Made by a program: the position numbers and the translations under genes. 64,000 nucleotides of DNA from Squalus acanthias (Eukaryota): the NCBI GenBank assembly GCA_030390025.1, contig CM059432.1, positions 28,832,001-28,896,000 on the forward strand, in the 5' to 3' direction. The notes beneath the pieces are model-generated. The model saw only the letters and a program-made list of their open reading frames with translations, did no database searches and was not told the DNA's origin. Numbering within the stretch: the stretch's first letter is position 1; each line of letters begins with the position of its first letter. Of the stretch, positions 27,160 to 40,244 are shown piece by piece.

Positions 27160-27850
27160 TAAAATGGCCTAACAACTTCCCAAGGTGCTTCACAAATTGG
27201 CTTAATGAAAACAGAGGGTTAGCTAGGAAGGAAGTGATTAAGAGGGGTACGTGAGGCCAGGTTCGAGAGATAGGTTGAGGTTTTTTTTTAAAAAAGGTGC
27301 AGAGAGACGTGAAGAGGCAAGGAGGTTTAGGAAGGGAGTTTGAAGGTGTAGGAGCAAGGCAGTTAAGGGATATGCCACCAACGGTGGTTCGATGGGAAAG
27401 GACATCCACAAAAGGTCAGAATCAGAGGAACAGAGCATTCAAGACTGGAGGAGATTGCAGAGATAGAGTAGGGATTTATACAGAAGTACAAAGATTTTGA
27501 ATGTGTTAGAAGATGGGGAGCCAGAGTAAGTTAGCAAAGACAAGGGTAATGGATGAGAGTAATTTAATGCAGGACAGGATACATATGCGGAGTTTTGGAC
27601 AAGTTAGAATTCATGGAAAGTGGTGGATGGGAGAGCATCAGAATATTGAATCTGGAGATAAACGTATTCATAAGGGTTTTAGTAGCAGAGGGCCCGAGGT
27701 AGGGGAGGAGGGAGATGATCTTGGTGGTAGGACATGGGGCTTTAAAGCTCAGCTCAGGGTCAGACAGGATGCCAAAGACTGTGAAATACTTGGTTCAGCC
27801 CGAGAGCGAGACCAGGGAGCAGGAAATGTGGCAGAATGCATAGGAAAAGG
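27160..27850 (-). mobile_element. Degenerate L2 fragment
   Basis: Similar to the L2 3' region at 13490-14300. Confidence 0.55.
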
Positions 27851-27859
27851 AAGTTGATT

Positions 27860-29545
27860 AAAATATAGAAAAGGAGGCATTGCTGGATCTAGTCCTGGGG
27901 AATAAAGTGGGTCAAGTGGAGAATTTCACAGTGAGAGCACATCTCGGGAATAGTGATCATAAGGTTTAGATTAGTTATGGAGAAGGAGAAGGAGCAATCT
28001 TAATACTTAACTGGAGAAGAGCTGATTTCAGCAATTTGAGGTAAATTGGAGTCAAAGACTAGCCGACAGAAGTGTACAAAAGCCAGGAAGTTATGCTAAA
28101 CCTATATAAAACACCAGTTTGGCCCCAACTGGAGTAGTGTGTCCAATTCGGGGCACCACACTTTAGGAAGGATGTGAGGCTTTGGAGGGATTTACTAGAA
28201 TGGTTCCAGGAATGAGGGATTATAGTTATGTGGATAGACTGGAGAAGCTAGGATTGTTCTCCTTAGAGCAAAGAAGGCTAAGAGGTTTAAAATCATTAAG
28301 GGTTTAGATAGAGTAAACAAAAAGAAAATGTTTCCAATGGTTGATTACCAGAGGGCACAGCTTTTAGGTGATTGGCAAAAGAACCAGAGGCAACAGGAGA
28401 AAAAATTATTTTACACAAGTGGTTAGGATTTGGAATGCACTGCCTGATAAGGGTGGTGGAAACAGATTCAATAGTAGCTTTCAAAAGAGAATTGGATAAA
28501 TACCTGAAGGAGAAAAAAATTGCAGGGATATGGGGAAAGAACCGGTGAGTGGGACTAACTGAATTGCTCTTCGAAAGAGCCGGCGCAGACTCAATAGGCG
28601 GAATGGCTTCCTTCTGTGCTGTACTATTCTATGATTCTGTGCAAAGAGAGGAGGTAAATTGGTGTTTTTCACACTGGAGGGATGTCTCCAGAGGTCAGTT
28701 TAGGACTAATTCTCTCAGTACAAAATTTGCACACAATGCAAAAATATACAGCAAAATTAACTGCAGAGGAATGTAAACGACTTCAGGAGAGGACGACAAG
28801 GTTAGTGGATGAAATTTAAATTTATTTAAATGCGAGATGATGCATATTGTGAGGAAGAACGAGAGAGAGAAAATATCCACTAATTAATAAAACTTTTAAA
28901 GGCGTGGAGGAACAGAGACACTTTAGGGATTCAGATAGACATTTTTAATAAAAGTGGGAGATGATAAAGCTGTTTTTCATTTTTTTTAAAAAAAAGCTCG
29001 AAGATTTCAGGTTTTAGAAATAGGGAAAGAGTACAAAAGCAAAAGGAGTAATGCTACCCTATGGAAATCATTGGTTAGGCTGCAGTTAGAACACTGTGCT
29101 CAGTTAATAGTGCCCTACTTTAGGAAGGATGCCAAGACTATGGAGAGGATATAGAATGATTTATTAGGACAATACTAAGGCAAGATGCTTTAGGGAAAAA
29201 AAAGATTCTTTACACTAGAAAAAAATTAAAAAGATTTGAGAATTATGAAGAATTTTGATCAGGTAAATAGGGGTAAAACTCTTTCACTGGAGAGTTGGTA
29301 ACTAGAGGGCATAAATTTAAGATCACCACCAAAGGAAGAGGTTAGGAGCAATGTTCCCCCTAAGGTGCGGGGCCGCGCATCAATCAGGAGGTCCTATGCA
29401 GGCCGTTCACAAGCTGTTGCCGCTGGAAGACACGGCACATGCTCGACCGTGTAAATTTAAAGGGACAGTGCACAAAACATTTTAAAGGGAACATTGGTTA
29501 GGAGGTTCCATTTTTTTTATTTAAAAAAGGGTGTTAGGATGTAAA
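27860..29545 (+). mobile_element. Two tandem degenerate CR1 fragments
   Basis: LNLYKTPVWPQLE..VQF and LFSLEQRRLR remnants; (attctatg) tail at ~28626-28640; a second copy follows. Confidence 0.65.
29349..29496. mobile_element. hAT-type MITE (148 bp)
   Basis: TIRs caatgttccc / gggaacattg; perfect 8-bp TSD GTTAGGAG at 29341-29348 and 29497-29504. Confidence 0.85.
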
Positions 29546-32500
29546 AAGAACATAAGAAATAGGAGCAGGAGTAGGCCAATCGGCCCCTCGAGCCTGCTCC
29601 GCCATTCAATAAGATCATGGCTGATCTGATCCTAACCTCAAATCTAAAGAACACAAGTAGGAGGAGCAGGACCCGGCCACTCAGCCCCTGGGCCCGCTAC
29701 ACCACCCACAGGGCCCTGACCGATCCGAACTCAGCCTCATGTCCAATTTCCTGCCCGCTCACCGTAACCCCTAATTCCCTTTACCTCTAGGAAACTATCT
29801 ATTTCGGTTTTAAATTTATTTAATGATGTAGCTTCCAGAGCTTCCTGGGGCAGCAAATTCCACAGACCTACTACCCTCTGAGTGAAGAAGTTTCTCCTCA
29901 TCTCAGTTTTGAAAGAGCAGCCCTTTATTCTAAGATTATGCCCCCTAGTTCTAGTTTCACCCATCCTTGGGAACATCCTTACCGCATCTACCCGATCAAG
30001 CCCCTTCACAATCTTATATGTTTCAATAAGATCGCCTCTCATTCTTCTGAACTCCAATGAGTAGAGTCCCAATCTACTCAACCTCTCCTCATATGTCCAC
30101 CCCCTCATCCCCGGGATTAACCGAGTGAACCTTCTTTGTACTGCCTCGAGAGCAAATATGTCTTTTCTTAAGTATGGACACCAAAACTGTACGCAGTATT
30201 CCAGGTGCGGTCTCACCAATACCTTATATAACTGCAGCAATACCTCCCTGTTTTTATAATCTATCCCCCTAGCAATAAAAGCCAACATTCCGTTGGCCTT
30301 CTTGATCACCTGCTGCACCTGCATACTAACTTTGATTTTCTTGCACTAGGACCCCCAGATCCCTTTGTACTGCAGTACTTTCCAGTTTCTCGCCATTAAG
30401 ATAATAACTTGCTCTCTGATTTTTCCTGACAAAGTGCATAACCTCACATTTTCCAATATTGTATTGCATCTGCCAAATCTCCGCCCACTCACCCAGCCTG
30501 TCTATATCCCCTTGTAGGTTTTTTATGTCCTCCTCACTTTCTACTTTCCCTCCTATCTTTGTATCATCTGCAAACTTTGATATGTTACACTCGGTCCCCT
30601 CCTCCAAATCGTTAATATAGATTGTAAAGAGTTGGGGACCCAGCACCGACCCCTGCGGAACACCACTGGCTACCAGTCCGAGAATGAACCATTTATCCCA
30701 ACTCTCTGCTTCCTGTTAGATAACCAATCCTCCACCCATGCCAGAATATTACCCCCAATCCAGTGATTTTTTATCTTGAGCAATAATCTTTTATGTGGCA
30801 CCTTGTCGAATGCCTTCTGGAAGTCTAAATACACTACATCCACTGGTTCCCCTTTATCCACCCTGTACGTTATGTCCTCAAAGAACTCAAGCAAATTTGT
30901 CAGACATGACTTCCCCTTCATAAAGCCATGCTGACTTTGTCCTATTAAATTATGTTTATCTAAATGTTCCGTTACTGTCTCCTTAATAATAGACTCCAAA
31001 ATTTTACCCACCACAGATGTTAGGCTAATTGGTCTATAATTTCCAGCCTTCTGCCTACTACCCTTTTTAAATAAGGGTGTTACATTAGCAGTTTTCCAAT
31101 CTGCCAGGACCTTTGCTGAGTCCAGGGAATTTTGGAAAATTACCACCAAAGCATCCACAATCCCTACTGCCACTTCCCTCAAGACCCTAGGATGTAAGCC
31201 ATCAGGTCCAGGGGATTTATCCGCCTTGAGTCCCATTATTTTACTGAGTACCAATTCCTGAGTGATTTTAATCATATTTAGCTCCTCCCCCCCTAGAGCC
31301 CCCCGTCTGTCCAGTGTTGGGATATTCTTAGTGTCCTCTACCGTAAAGACAAACAAAATATTTGTTCAGCATTTTTGCCATCTCCATGTTTCCCACCATT
31401 AATTTCCCGGTCTCATCCTCTAAGGGACCTACGTTTGCCTTAGACACCCTTTTTCATAGAAACATAGAATCTAGGAGCAGGAGTAGGCCATTCGGCCCGT
31501 CGAGCCTGCTCCACCATTCAATACGATCATGGCTGATCATCCAAATCCAGTACCCTGTCCCCTGGTTTAATCCCCACAGTACACATATCCCACCCTACCC
31601 CCGTAACCCCACGTATTTAATTCCCCCTAACATATCCCATCCTAACCCCATAACCCCACATATTTAATCCCCCTCTAACACTAAGGGTCAATTTATCATA
31701 GCCAAATCAACCTAACCCGCACATTTTTGGACTGTGGGAGGAAACCGGAGCACCCGGAGGAAACCCACGCAGACATGGGGAGAATGTGCAAACTCCTTTC
31801 TTTTTATATAACTATAGAAACTCTTGCTATCTGTTTTTATATTTTTTGCTAATTTATTTTCATAATCTATCTTCCCTTTCTTAATCAATCCTTTAGTTAC
31901 TTTTTGCTGTCTTTTGAAGACTTCCCAATCTTCTATCCTCCCACTAAGTTTGGCTACCTTATATGTCCTTGTTTTTAGTCAGATACTATCCTTAATTTAT
32001 TTACTTAGCCACGGATGGCTGTCATTTCTTTTACACCTTTTTTCCTCAGTGGAATATATTTCTTTTGAAAGTTGTAAAATAATTCCTTAAAAGAACACCA
32101 CTGCTCATGTACCGTCTTACCCTTTAATCCATTTTCCCAGTCCACTTTAATCAATTCCGCTCTCATACCATCATAGTCTCCTTTATTCAAGCTCAGTACG
32201 CTTGTTTGAGAACCAACCTTCTCACCCTCTAATTGGATATGGAATTCAACCATGTTATGGTCACTCATTCCAAGGGGATCCTTAACTAGGACATTATTAA
32301 TTAATCCTGACTCATTACACAGGACCAGGTCCAAGGTTGCTTTCCCCTTTGTAGGATCAGTTACATACTGCTCAAGAAATCCATCCCTAATACACTCAAT
32401 AAACTCTTCCTCAAGGCTGCCCTGCCCAATTTGATTTGTCCAGTTAATATGATAGTTAAAATCCCCCATAATTATAGCTGTTCCCTTATTACATGCCCCA

Positions 32501-32556
32501 ACTATTTCCTGATTAATACTTCTTCCAGCAGAGTTGCAACTATTAGGAGGCCTATG
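29546..32556 (-). mobile_element. Young CR1 LINE (endonuclease C-half and RT), 5'-truncated, with a nested SINE
   Basis: ORFs 32005-32469, 30670-31356, 30326-30646 and 29737-30324; tail at 29546-29560. Confidence 0.93.
31455..31795 (-). mobile_element. 5'-truncated HE1-like (V-domain) SINE with a CR1-derived tail
   Basis: V-SINE core (gagtttgcacattctcccc...gggtttcctccgggtgctccggtttcctcccacagtcc) on the minus strand, followed by a CR1-type 3' tail. Confidence 0.8.
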
Positions 32557-32808
32557 TAGAATGCCCTAACATAAATAGTGATGGAAGCAAAATCCAGAAT
32601 ATAGCTTTTGAAAGGGAAGTAGATAAATATTTGAAAATATTTATTTTAAAAAGGATATGGGAAAAGATGTAATTGAATGGATAGCTCAGAGCTGGCAGAC
32701 ACAATGGGGGCAAACAACCTACTTCTGGTGTTGTAATTTATTTGATTTTAAAAACCCCTCTCACTTTTTCTTTTAAAAAACCATACTGCACAAGAATATT
32801 TTCTTTAC

Positions 32809-32858
32809 CTCTTCAGTAAGTTTTCTTTCACTTTCTTTTCTGTAGTGTCATAGCTCTC
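32809..32858 (-). CDS. Exon of host gene (ESYDTTEKKVKENLLK)
   Basis: atttgttacag|G...AG|gtaaag; 50 bp, phase 0 to 2. Confidence 0.8.
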
Positions 32859-33554
32859 CTGTAACAAATAATGAACTATTTTGTTAATATTCTTTAGGGA
32901 TTGAGACATCATAAACCACCACAGGGAAATCAATCGTCCAGACCCAAAATGGCTACCGTATATACTATGTAGTGAAATGTATTTTTTTGCATTACTCTTT
33001 GGTCCTAAATAACCAGACAGCTGATAAATCCCAAGTCTTTCATTAACCTTACCACCTGTCCAGCTTCCTACTTTAAACTCCAACCACTAAAAAGATACTC
33101 TCTAACCTTTCCCTCACTTTGGGTCCAGGAAAAGTCCTTGCTTCAAACAGGCATCATTTCCAGGTTTTCTTCCAATGGCTTACTGGGTAAATGCACCAAA
33201 GCTGTACAAAGTTATAAGGTCTCAGGTATAATCTGCATTGTGTAACGAGTTGGCTGATCTCAGCCACTGAGGCAGCTGGGATGCTATAAATTGCTTCAGC
33301 ATCACTGGAATAGAGGTGTGGATGTCGACAGAGAATCAGGCTTGGCCTTGATACCCTCCATGATAAAACAGCACAAGAAGAATGGCGAAACGGGTAGGGT
33401 ACTGGAGGGTGGGCAGCACCCAGAAAACTGCACACCTGCGGGAAGCAGCACCTTTAGAAAACGAGGGGGGAATATTGGGAAGGTGGGGGGGAAAAAAAAA
33501 GAAAAAAGGCCAGCAAGCATAATTTCTACCACGACTTACCCTTTGCTCAATTTT

Positions 33555-34970
33555 GTCCATGAGACCCACTTCCTGCTCCCTCGACCCTATTCCCACCAAA
33601 CTGCTGACCACCCAACTTCCTTTTCTGGCTCCCATGTTAGCTGACATTGTTAATGGTTCTCTTTCCTCAGGTACAGTCCCCCTCTCCCTCAAATCTGCCG
33701 TCATCACCCCTCTCCTCAGAAAACCAACCCTTGACCCTCCATCCTTGCAAACTACCGCCCCATCTCCAACCTCCCTTTCCTCTACAAAGTCCTTGAACGT
33801 GTTGTCGCCTCCCAAATCCGTGCCCATCTTTCCCGCAATTCCATGTCTGAATCCCTCCAATCAGGTTTCCACCTTTACCACAGCACCAAACGGCTCTCAA
33901 AGTCACAAATGACATCCTTTGTGACTGTGACAAAGGTAAACTATCTCTGCTCGTCCTTCTTGACTTGTCTGCAGCCTTTGACACGGTTGACCACTCCATC
34001 CTTCAACGCCTCTCCACTGTCGTCTAGCTGGGTGGGACTGCACTCGCCTGGTTCCATTCTTATCTATCTAATCGTAGCCAGAGAATTCCCGCTCCCGCAT
34101 TATTACCTCTGGTGTCCCCCAAGGATCTATCCTTGGCCCCCTCCTATTTCTCATCTACATGTTGCCCCTTGGTGACATCATCCGAAAACACAGCATCAGT
34201 TTCCACATGTACGCTGATGACACCCAGCTCTACCTCACTACCACTTCTCTCAACCATTCCACAGTCTCTAAATTGTCAGACTGCTTGTCAGACATCCCGT
34301 TCTGGATGAGCAGAAATTTTCTCCAATTAAATATTGGGAAGGCCGAAGCCATTGCTTTCAGTCCCCGCCACAAACTCTGTTCCCTAGCCACTGACTCCAT
34401 CCCTCTCCCTAACATCTGTCTGAGGCTGAACCACACTGTTCGCAACCTTGGTGTCATATTTGACCCTGAAATGAGCTTCCGACCACATATCCGCAGCATA
34501 ACAAAGACCACCTACTTCCACCTCCGTAACATCGCCTGTCTCCGCTCTTGCCTCAGCTCATCTGCTGCTGAAACCCTTATCCATGCCTTTGTTACCTCTA
34601 GACTTGACTATTCCAATGCACTCCTGGCTGGCCTCCCACATTCTACCCTACGTAAATTTGAGGTCATCCAAAACTTGGCTGCCCGTGTCCTAACTTGCAC
34701 CAAGTTCCATTCACCCATCACCCCTGTGCTCGCTGACCTACATTGGCTCCCGGTTAAGCAGCGCCTCGATTTCAAAATTCTCATGCTGGTTTTCAAATCC
34801 CTCCATGGCCTTGCCCCTCCCTATCTCTGTAATCTCCTCCAGCCCCACAAACACCCCCCCCCCCCCCCCCGAGATATCTGCGCTCTTCTAATTCTGCCCA
34901 TTTGAGCATCCCTGATTGTAATCGCTCAACCTACGTTAAAGGCGCTATATAAATACAAATTGTTGTTGTT
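33555..34970 (+). mobile_element. 5'-truncated L2 LINE (RT)
   Basis: [34 protein letters not shown] and LHWLPVKQR motifs; (ttg)n tail at ~34960-34970; flanked by a 45-bp duplication. Confidence 0.92.
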
Positions 34971-35015
34971 AATGAAAAAAAAAGACCAGCAAGCATAATT
35001 TCTACCACGACTTAC

Positions 35016-35115
35016 CCTTTGCTCAATTTTTACTTCTTTGTTTATTTGCATCTTTGAGGTGTCTTCCTTGTGCTTTTTGTTCAGGTCATTTTCTACCACA
35101 TTATTCCTGCGTTTC
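35016..35115 (-). CDS. Exon of host gene (KRRNNVVENDLNKKHKEDTSKMQINKEVKIEQR)
   Basis: gtgtttgtag|G...AGG|gtaagt; 100 bp, phase 2 to 0. Confidence 0.85.
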
Positions 35116-36144
35116 CTACAAACACAAATTTTTTTTTTTTATTAAAAGAGGAAAGAAATGAGAAGGGGGAACACAAATCCTGGTTTAAACTTCCAAAGCA
35201 GGCTGCCTGTGATTTCATGCTCCACACTACAGGTGTACACAATGATTGGAATGCTAAATGATCACTTAGTTTCTCTGGTGGAGAAGTCTCTATGGCAGGC
35301 CTTTAATTGAAGACTATACAACGGAGGAGTGGAATATCCATAAATCAGTAGCCACCGACTCCTACCCAGCATGAAAACAAGGTTCAGAGAACTTCAGTTG
35401 ATCTATCAGCACAAAACAATTAGTAACTCAGGATTTGAGTGAAATCAGAAAGACTCCAGCGATTGAGTCCTGACCATCCGATCTAAAGGGAGTTAATTGG
35501 CCATATATTATAGAATACAAAGCTGACCATTTTATGGAGGATAATTCCCAATTAGTTCCTCCAGCTTTTGGCCAGGAACATTATGCGTAGAGAAGTGGCC
35601 GCTTTACAGAGCTGGCTGCAACTACAGGTTTGAATCATTTTCCAGAGAGTTTGAGGGGGACCCGAAAGAAAAATAAGCATTAAGTTGACACCCATCCACA
35701 TCCCCCCCACCCTGGCATTTAAATTTAACTAAGTAATTTAAAAATGCAATTCACTTAGTTATTGTATAAACACGTCACTTAATAGATCTGATATTTATAC
35801 AACTGTAGACCTAACTGTACACAATGCACAAGCCAGATGGTTAGACAATGAATACATTAAAGGACGCAACCGCTGAGCCATTAGTTATGGTGTACATTAA
35901 ATGCCCAATGAGGATCAAGAGAGAGAAAGGAAGAGAGAAAAAAGGAGAATACAGAGCTACTCATTTTCCACAGGTCCATAAACCTATTATAAATATAGAC
36001 AGATGAGAACTTAAATGCACCAAATGACTAGACATTGGTCAGTCTGAACAATGTATGTCACAGGATGCTTTAGCCCTTTACTACACCATCAATGTCAAGC
36101 TCTTCTCTACATCAACAGTGTTACAAATTTCATTCAGTTGTTAC

Positions 36145-36286
36145 CTGTGACTTGGTTCTTTCTCAGCCTTGGGCTGAGGTGGTGAATTATGTTTTGAACT
36201 CTTGTTTTTCTCATTCTCATTGTCCTTTGTAGATTTATTGACCTTTTTTTCTTTCTCATTGTCCTTTGATATTGCATCTTTCAGGC
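36145..36286 (-). CDS. Exon of host gene (LKDAISKDNEKEKKVNKSTKDNENEKNKSSKHNSPPQPKAEKEPSH)
   Basis: cctatatttcag|GC...AG|gtaaca; 142 bp, phase 1 to 2. Confidence 0.85.
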
Positions 36287-36539
36287 CTGAAATATAGGTA
36301 TTAAAATTGATAACACAAATGATAAGCCAGCAAGAAATATTTGAAAAAGCAAAATACTGCAGATGCTGGAAAAATAGAAAATTCTGGAAACACTCCAGTA
36401 GGTCAGGCAGTTTTAGTGCAATAATTTCAAAATGGGCTATTCTTGGGTGGGGTTGATTCAAATAGATTTCATGTGTATCCCACAAATGAAAATTAAACTT
36501 ATTCCACTCTTTGTTATTACCAAAAAACTTGGATTTATA

Positions 36540-37300
36540 GAGGTTTAATGTAGAAAAACCATCCTAAAGTTCTTCACAAAAGTGTATTCAAGAAAAAAAT
36601 GACACTGAGCCAAAACAAAAGGGTGACCAAAAGCTTGGTTAAAAGAGGTAGCTTTAAAAGGTCTTAAAGGAGAAAGATGTGATGAAACGGAGGAGTTTAG
36701 GGAGGAAATTCCAGGACATGGGACCTATTTGGCTGAAGGCGCCAATAGTGGAGAAATTGAGGGTGGGGTGGGCCCGAGGCCAGAAGTAAATAAAAAAAAT
36801 TGGGGTGGAGGGAGGGGAGAAATGGTAAAGCGCTGTGCTGAAAAGTTTAGAAATGGCCAGGGGCAAGGCTAATTAAAGTATTTAAATACTAGGATAAGAA
36901 TTTTAAATTTGAGACATTGGGGAACCGGGAACCAATGAACAGCAAGGACATGAGTGATCCGACAGCAGGATGTGGTGCAGGATTGGATAAGGGCATCAGA
37001 GTTTGATAATCTGAAGTTTAGAAGGTGGAGCATGCAAAGGTGGCCAAGAAAGCATTGGAAAAACCACCTCTGGAAGTGACAAAGGGCTTCAGCAGCAGAT
37101 GGGCTGAAGTACAGGCGGAGGCAAGCGATGGTCGAGGTGGAAATAAGCAATCTTTGTGATGGAGAGGATATGTAGTTGGAATCTCAGCTCAAGGTCGAAT
37201 AGGATGCTGAGGCTCCAAAAAGCCTGAGCAGGATGGAGTTTGTATCAAGAGTTAAAGACAATGGCTTCAGTCTTCCCAAAGCGTTGCTGGAGGAAACATG
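36540..37300 (-). mobile_element. Degenerate L2 fragment
   Basis: HWFPVPQCLKFKILILVFK motif (ORF 36869-37150). Confidence 0.7.
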
Positions 37301-37689
37301 AAAGATAGGAGTTCAGGTCTAGGCCAGAATAGGGCCTCAGATAATGTTTGGCTTGTTGGGTAAGGGGAAGGGGGCAGAAGCAGCAGAGTGGCTTGAACAA
37401 ATGAAATACCTTGATGATAAAGACCATGAGCTAATCATGCTAGTTGTTAGAGGTGAAGGTGGAAGGAGCAGAGCAGAAAGGTTTAAAGAGATGGCTGGTA
37501 GTACAGAAAATAAACCAGAGGTTGTTTTATACCATGTACATGCTAGGTGTGAAAATGAAAACATTTGAAACTGGTCCCAAAGCTCCCTCCAATTAAAAAT
37601 AACCCTGCGTTAAACTTTCCAATTTACAATGTATCCATGTCATTGTTGTTCTGCAGGAGATTGTTGCTGGTAATGCAGCTCTCTGACAT

Positions 37690-38152
37690 AAAAGAAAGAA
37701 CTTGCATTTATATAGCACCTTTCAGGACGTCCCAAAGCACTTTACAGTTAATGAAGTACTTTTGAAGTGTAGTCACTGTTGCAATGTAGGAAACGCAACA
37801 GCCAATTTATGCACAGAAAACTCCCACAAACAGCAATGCTATAATGACCAGATAATCTGGTTTTTTTAGTGATGATGATTGACGGATAAATATTGGCCAG
37901 GACACTGGGGGTAACTTCCCTGCTCTCCTTTGAATAGTGCCATGGGATCTTTTACGTCCACCCGAGAGAGCAGATGGGTTTCGTTTTAACATCTCATTCG
38001 AAAGACGGCACCTCAGACAGTGCAGCACTCCCTCAGTACTGCTCTGGAGTATCAAGCCTAGATTTGTGTGTTCAAGTCTCTGGAGTGGGACTTGAACCCA
38101 CAACCTTCTGACTCAGAGGAGAGAGCGCTACCAACTGAGCCACAGCTGACAC
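37690..38152 (-). mobile_element. Full-length tRNA-derived SINE (Deu/SacSINE1-like) with an L2-type tail
   Basis: A box tggctcagttgg and B box ggttcaagtcc on the minus strand; tail gctatataaatgcaagttcttt. Confidence 0.8.
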
Positions 38153-39353
38153 TATGATTTTCCAAGTGCCCTGTTACCACGTCCCTAACAACAGATTCTA
38201 GCATTTTTCCTACTACTGATGTCAGGCTAAGTGATCTATAGATCCCTGTTTTCTCTCTTCCCTTCTTTCTTGGAAAGCGGGTTTAGATTTGCTACCTTCC
38301 AATCCACGGGGACGCCTCTAAAATCTAGGGAATTCTGGAAGATCAAAACCAACACCACTATCTCTGTAGTTACTTCTTTTAAAACTCTAGGATGTAGGCC
38401 ATCAGGTCCAGTTTGGCAGTTGAAGTGCAGTCATATGCCATGGAAGCAAGAGATACACCGAGTCTCTCAGAAGCCACCCCAAAATTTCACTTTCTTCCCT
38501 GAATAGGGCTGGGAGGTTAGAATTCCTCATGACAAACCCCTGCATATTTGGCAGTGACATGGTATTTTATATAGCTGGTCATACAGTGGAATCCCTTTCT
38601 ATTGAGGAAATTTAAAGGATCCCCAGTAGGAGTCCACAATGCAATATGGGCAACATCTATTGCCCCTTGAACTTGCGAAACCAGCAAGGAGCAAAACCAG
38701 CAGTGAGAGAACTAAAGAACAGTGAAGCTTCTGCCGTGGAGTCAACACAAAATGGATGAATTCCCTAGGTCTCCTGCTGAATGCTGGCCTGGATGTTGCA
38801 GAAGTCCATGACCAGCAGCATACAAATTGAGCGCTGTACTGGCTTGGACAGCCATTGGCTGGACTGTTGAGGCACTTGATTGTGACTGCAGGTCATTGTG
38901 CCGAACATAGTATAGATTATCGAAGACCTCCTCAGGTGAATTAAAGTGAAGGTACAGTCTCAGGGCCTTATATTATGAGGGGGTTAAAAGCAAGTTGTCC
39001 TCATCTTTGATGTTGCCTCACTCTTCTTTAAACTCAATCAAGATTGCAAAAGGAGGAATCCACATAGGAAACTCGTGCTGCTCCATGGTATGTCGGTGGG
39101 GGTCAAAAATACACTGATAACCAGAGAGCTGGTTTAAGTATCGCTCAAAACAAAAAAAAAGGCAGGCAAACTTGAGGAAAGCAGAGTTCTCCAGGCAGTG
39201 AGCACATCAAAATAGATCACTTCAGCCCGATAGATCTACTCACGAGAATGCTAGCCCTCTCTGCTCATAAGTTACATTGAGTGCAATGGGGGTAGCAATA
39301 ACAGGAACTCTAATGCCCGACGACAACATCTTACTTGCGTAGGTAGGATAGAC

Positions 39354-39594
39354 GTGTACCTGTAGGATTTAGTAAACATTAAGATTCTATAACCATTTTT
39401 ATATAACTATAATGTGAAATTGTATATTAAAAATCTAAAAGCCTGTATAAAATGGCGAATGGCTGAGCGCAAAGCAGGATGGGAAATTATGCCAACCTGA
39501 CTAAAAAAAAACCTGTGTTTTTAATTACTGAAGTAATGGAATGTAGTGCTAAGTCTATGGAGACTGGTGGGGGAACGAGGAATTTGGTAATATT

Positions 39595-39663
<69 letters not shown>

Positions 39664-40241
39664 AGTTGGAGACATCCCTCATTGGTACAGCTATAGGATG
39701 AACTGATTGTTTAGACAACATCTTGAGAAATGGTCTGTGAAAAGTGAACATCTAAAGATAAGGGCACTTTGTTATGCACAGAGAAAGACCTAGTGGGATT
39801 AACAAGGTCATAAGATGTCATAAGATGGCTAACGAGGGAAGCGAGACATTTACCGGGTGTCAGAGGGCTAATTACTGCCATGTAGGCAAAACAAGGGGAA
39901 AAAGGGTATAAAGGTACAGGTTTTGAACACCAAAAGCAGCGCACCATGTAACCAGAGTTTGAGAAGCTTCAGTCAACAGAACACAGCAAGAACCCAGAGA
40001 AGCGAGCTTCAGTCAACAGAACACACCAAGACACATCAGGAGACTGCGCCACAGTCACTTGGAAGGAACGCCGGGGTTTGAATGAACAGACTGTGACTAT
40101 CTTCTTGTTAAGTATTACTTCTTTGAACTGGATGTTTAATGCTTAATAAACCTGTCTTACTTATGCACAATATACCTGTACCCAGAGTATAGTGTTTGTG
40201 TAGTCACGGACAAATTATTGTAAGAGCTTTTGAAAGCTACA
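39354..40241 (+). repeat. 5' LTR
   Basis: Direct repeat of 49461-50310; ends in ...CTACA; TATAAA at 39907-39912, AATAAA at 40145-40150; (GA)n expansion at ~39600-39658. Confidence 0.95.
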
Positions 40242-40244
40242 AAT

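Noticed and set aside
37628..37682. Candidate extra host exon
   Set aside because: The acceptor derives from a SINE tail, the donor is weak, and the exon is not needed for phase continuity.
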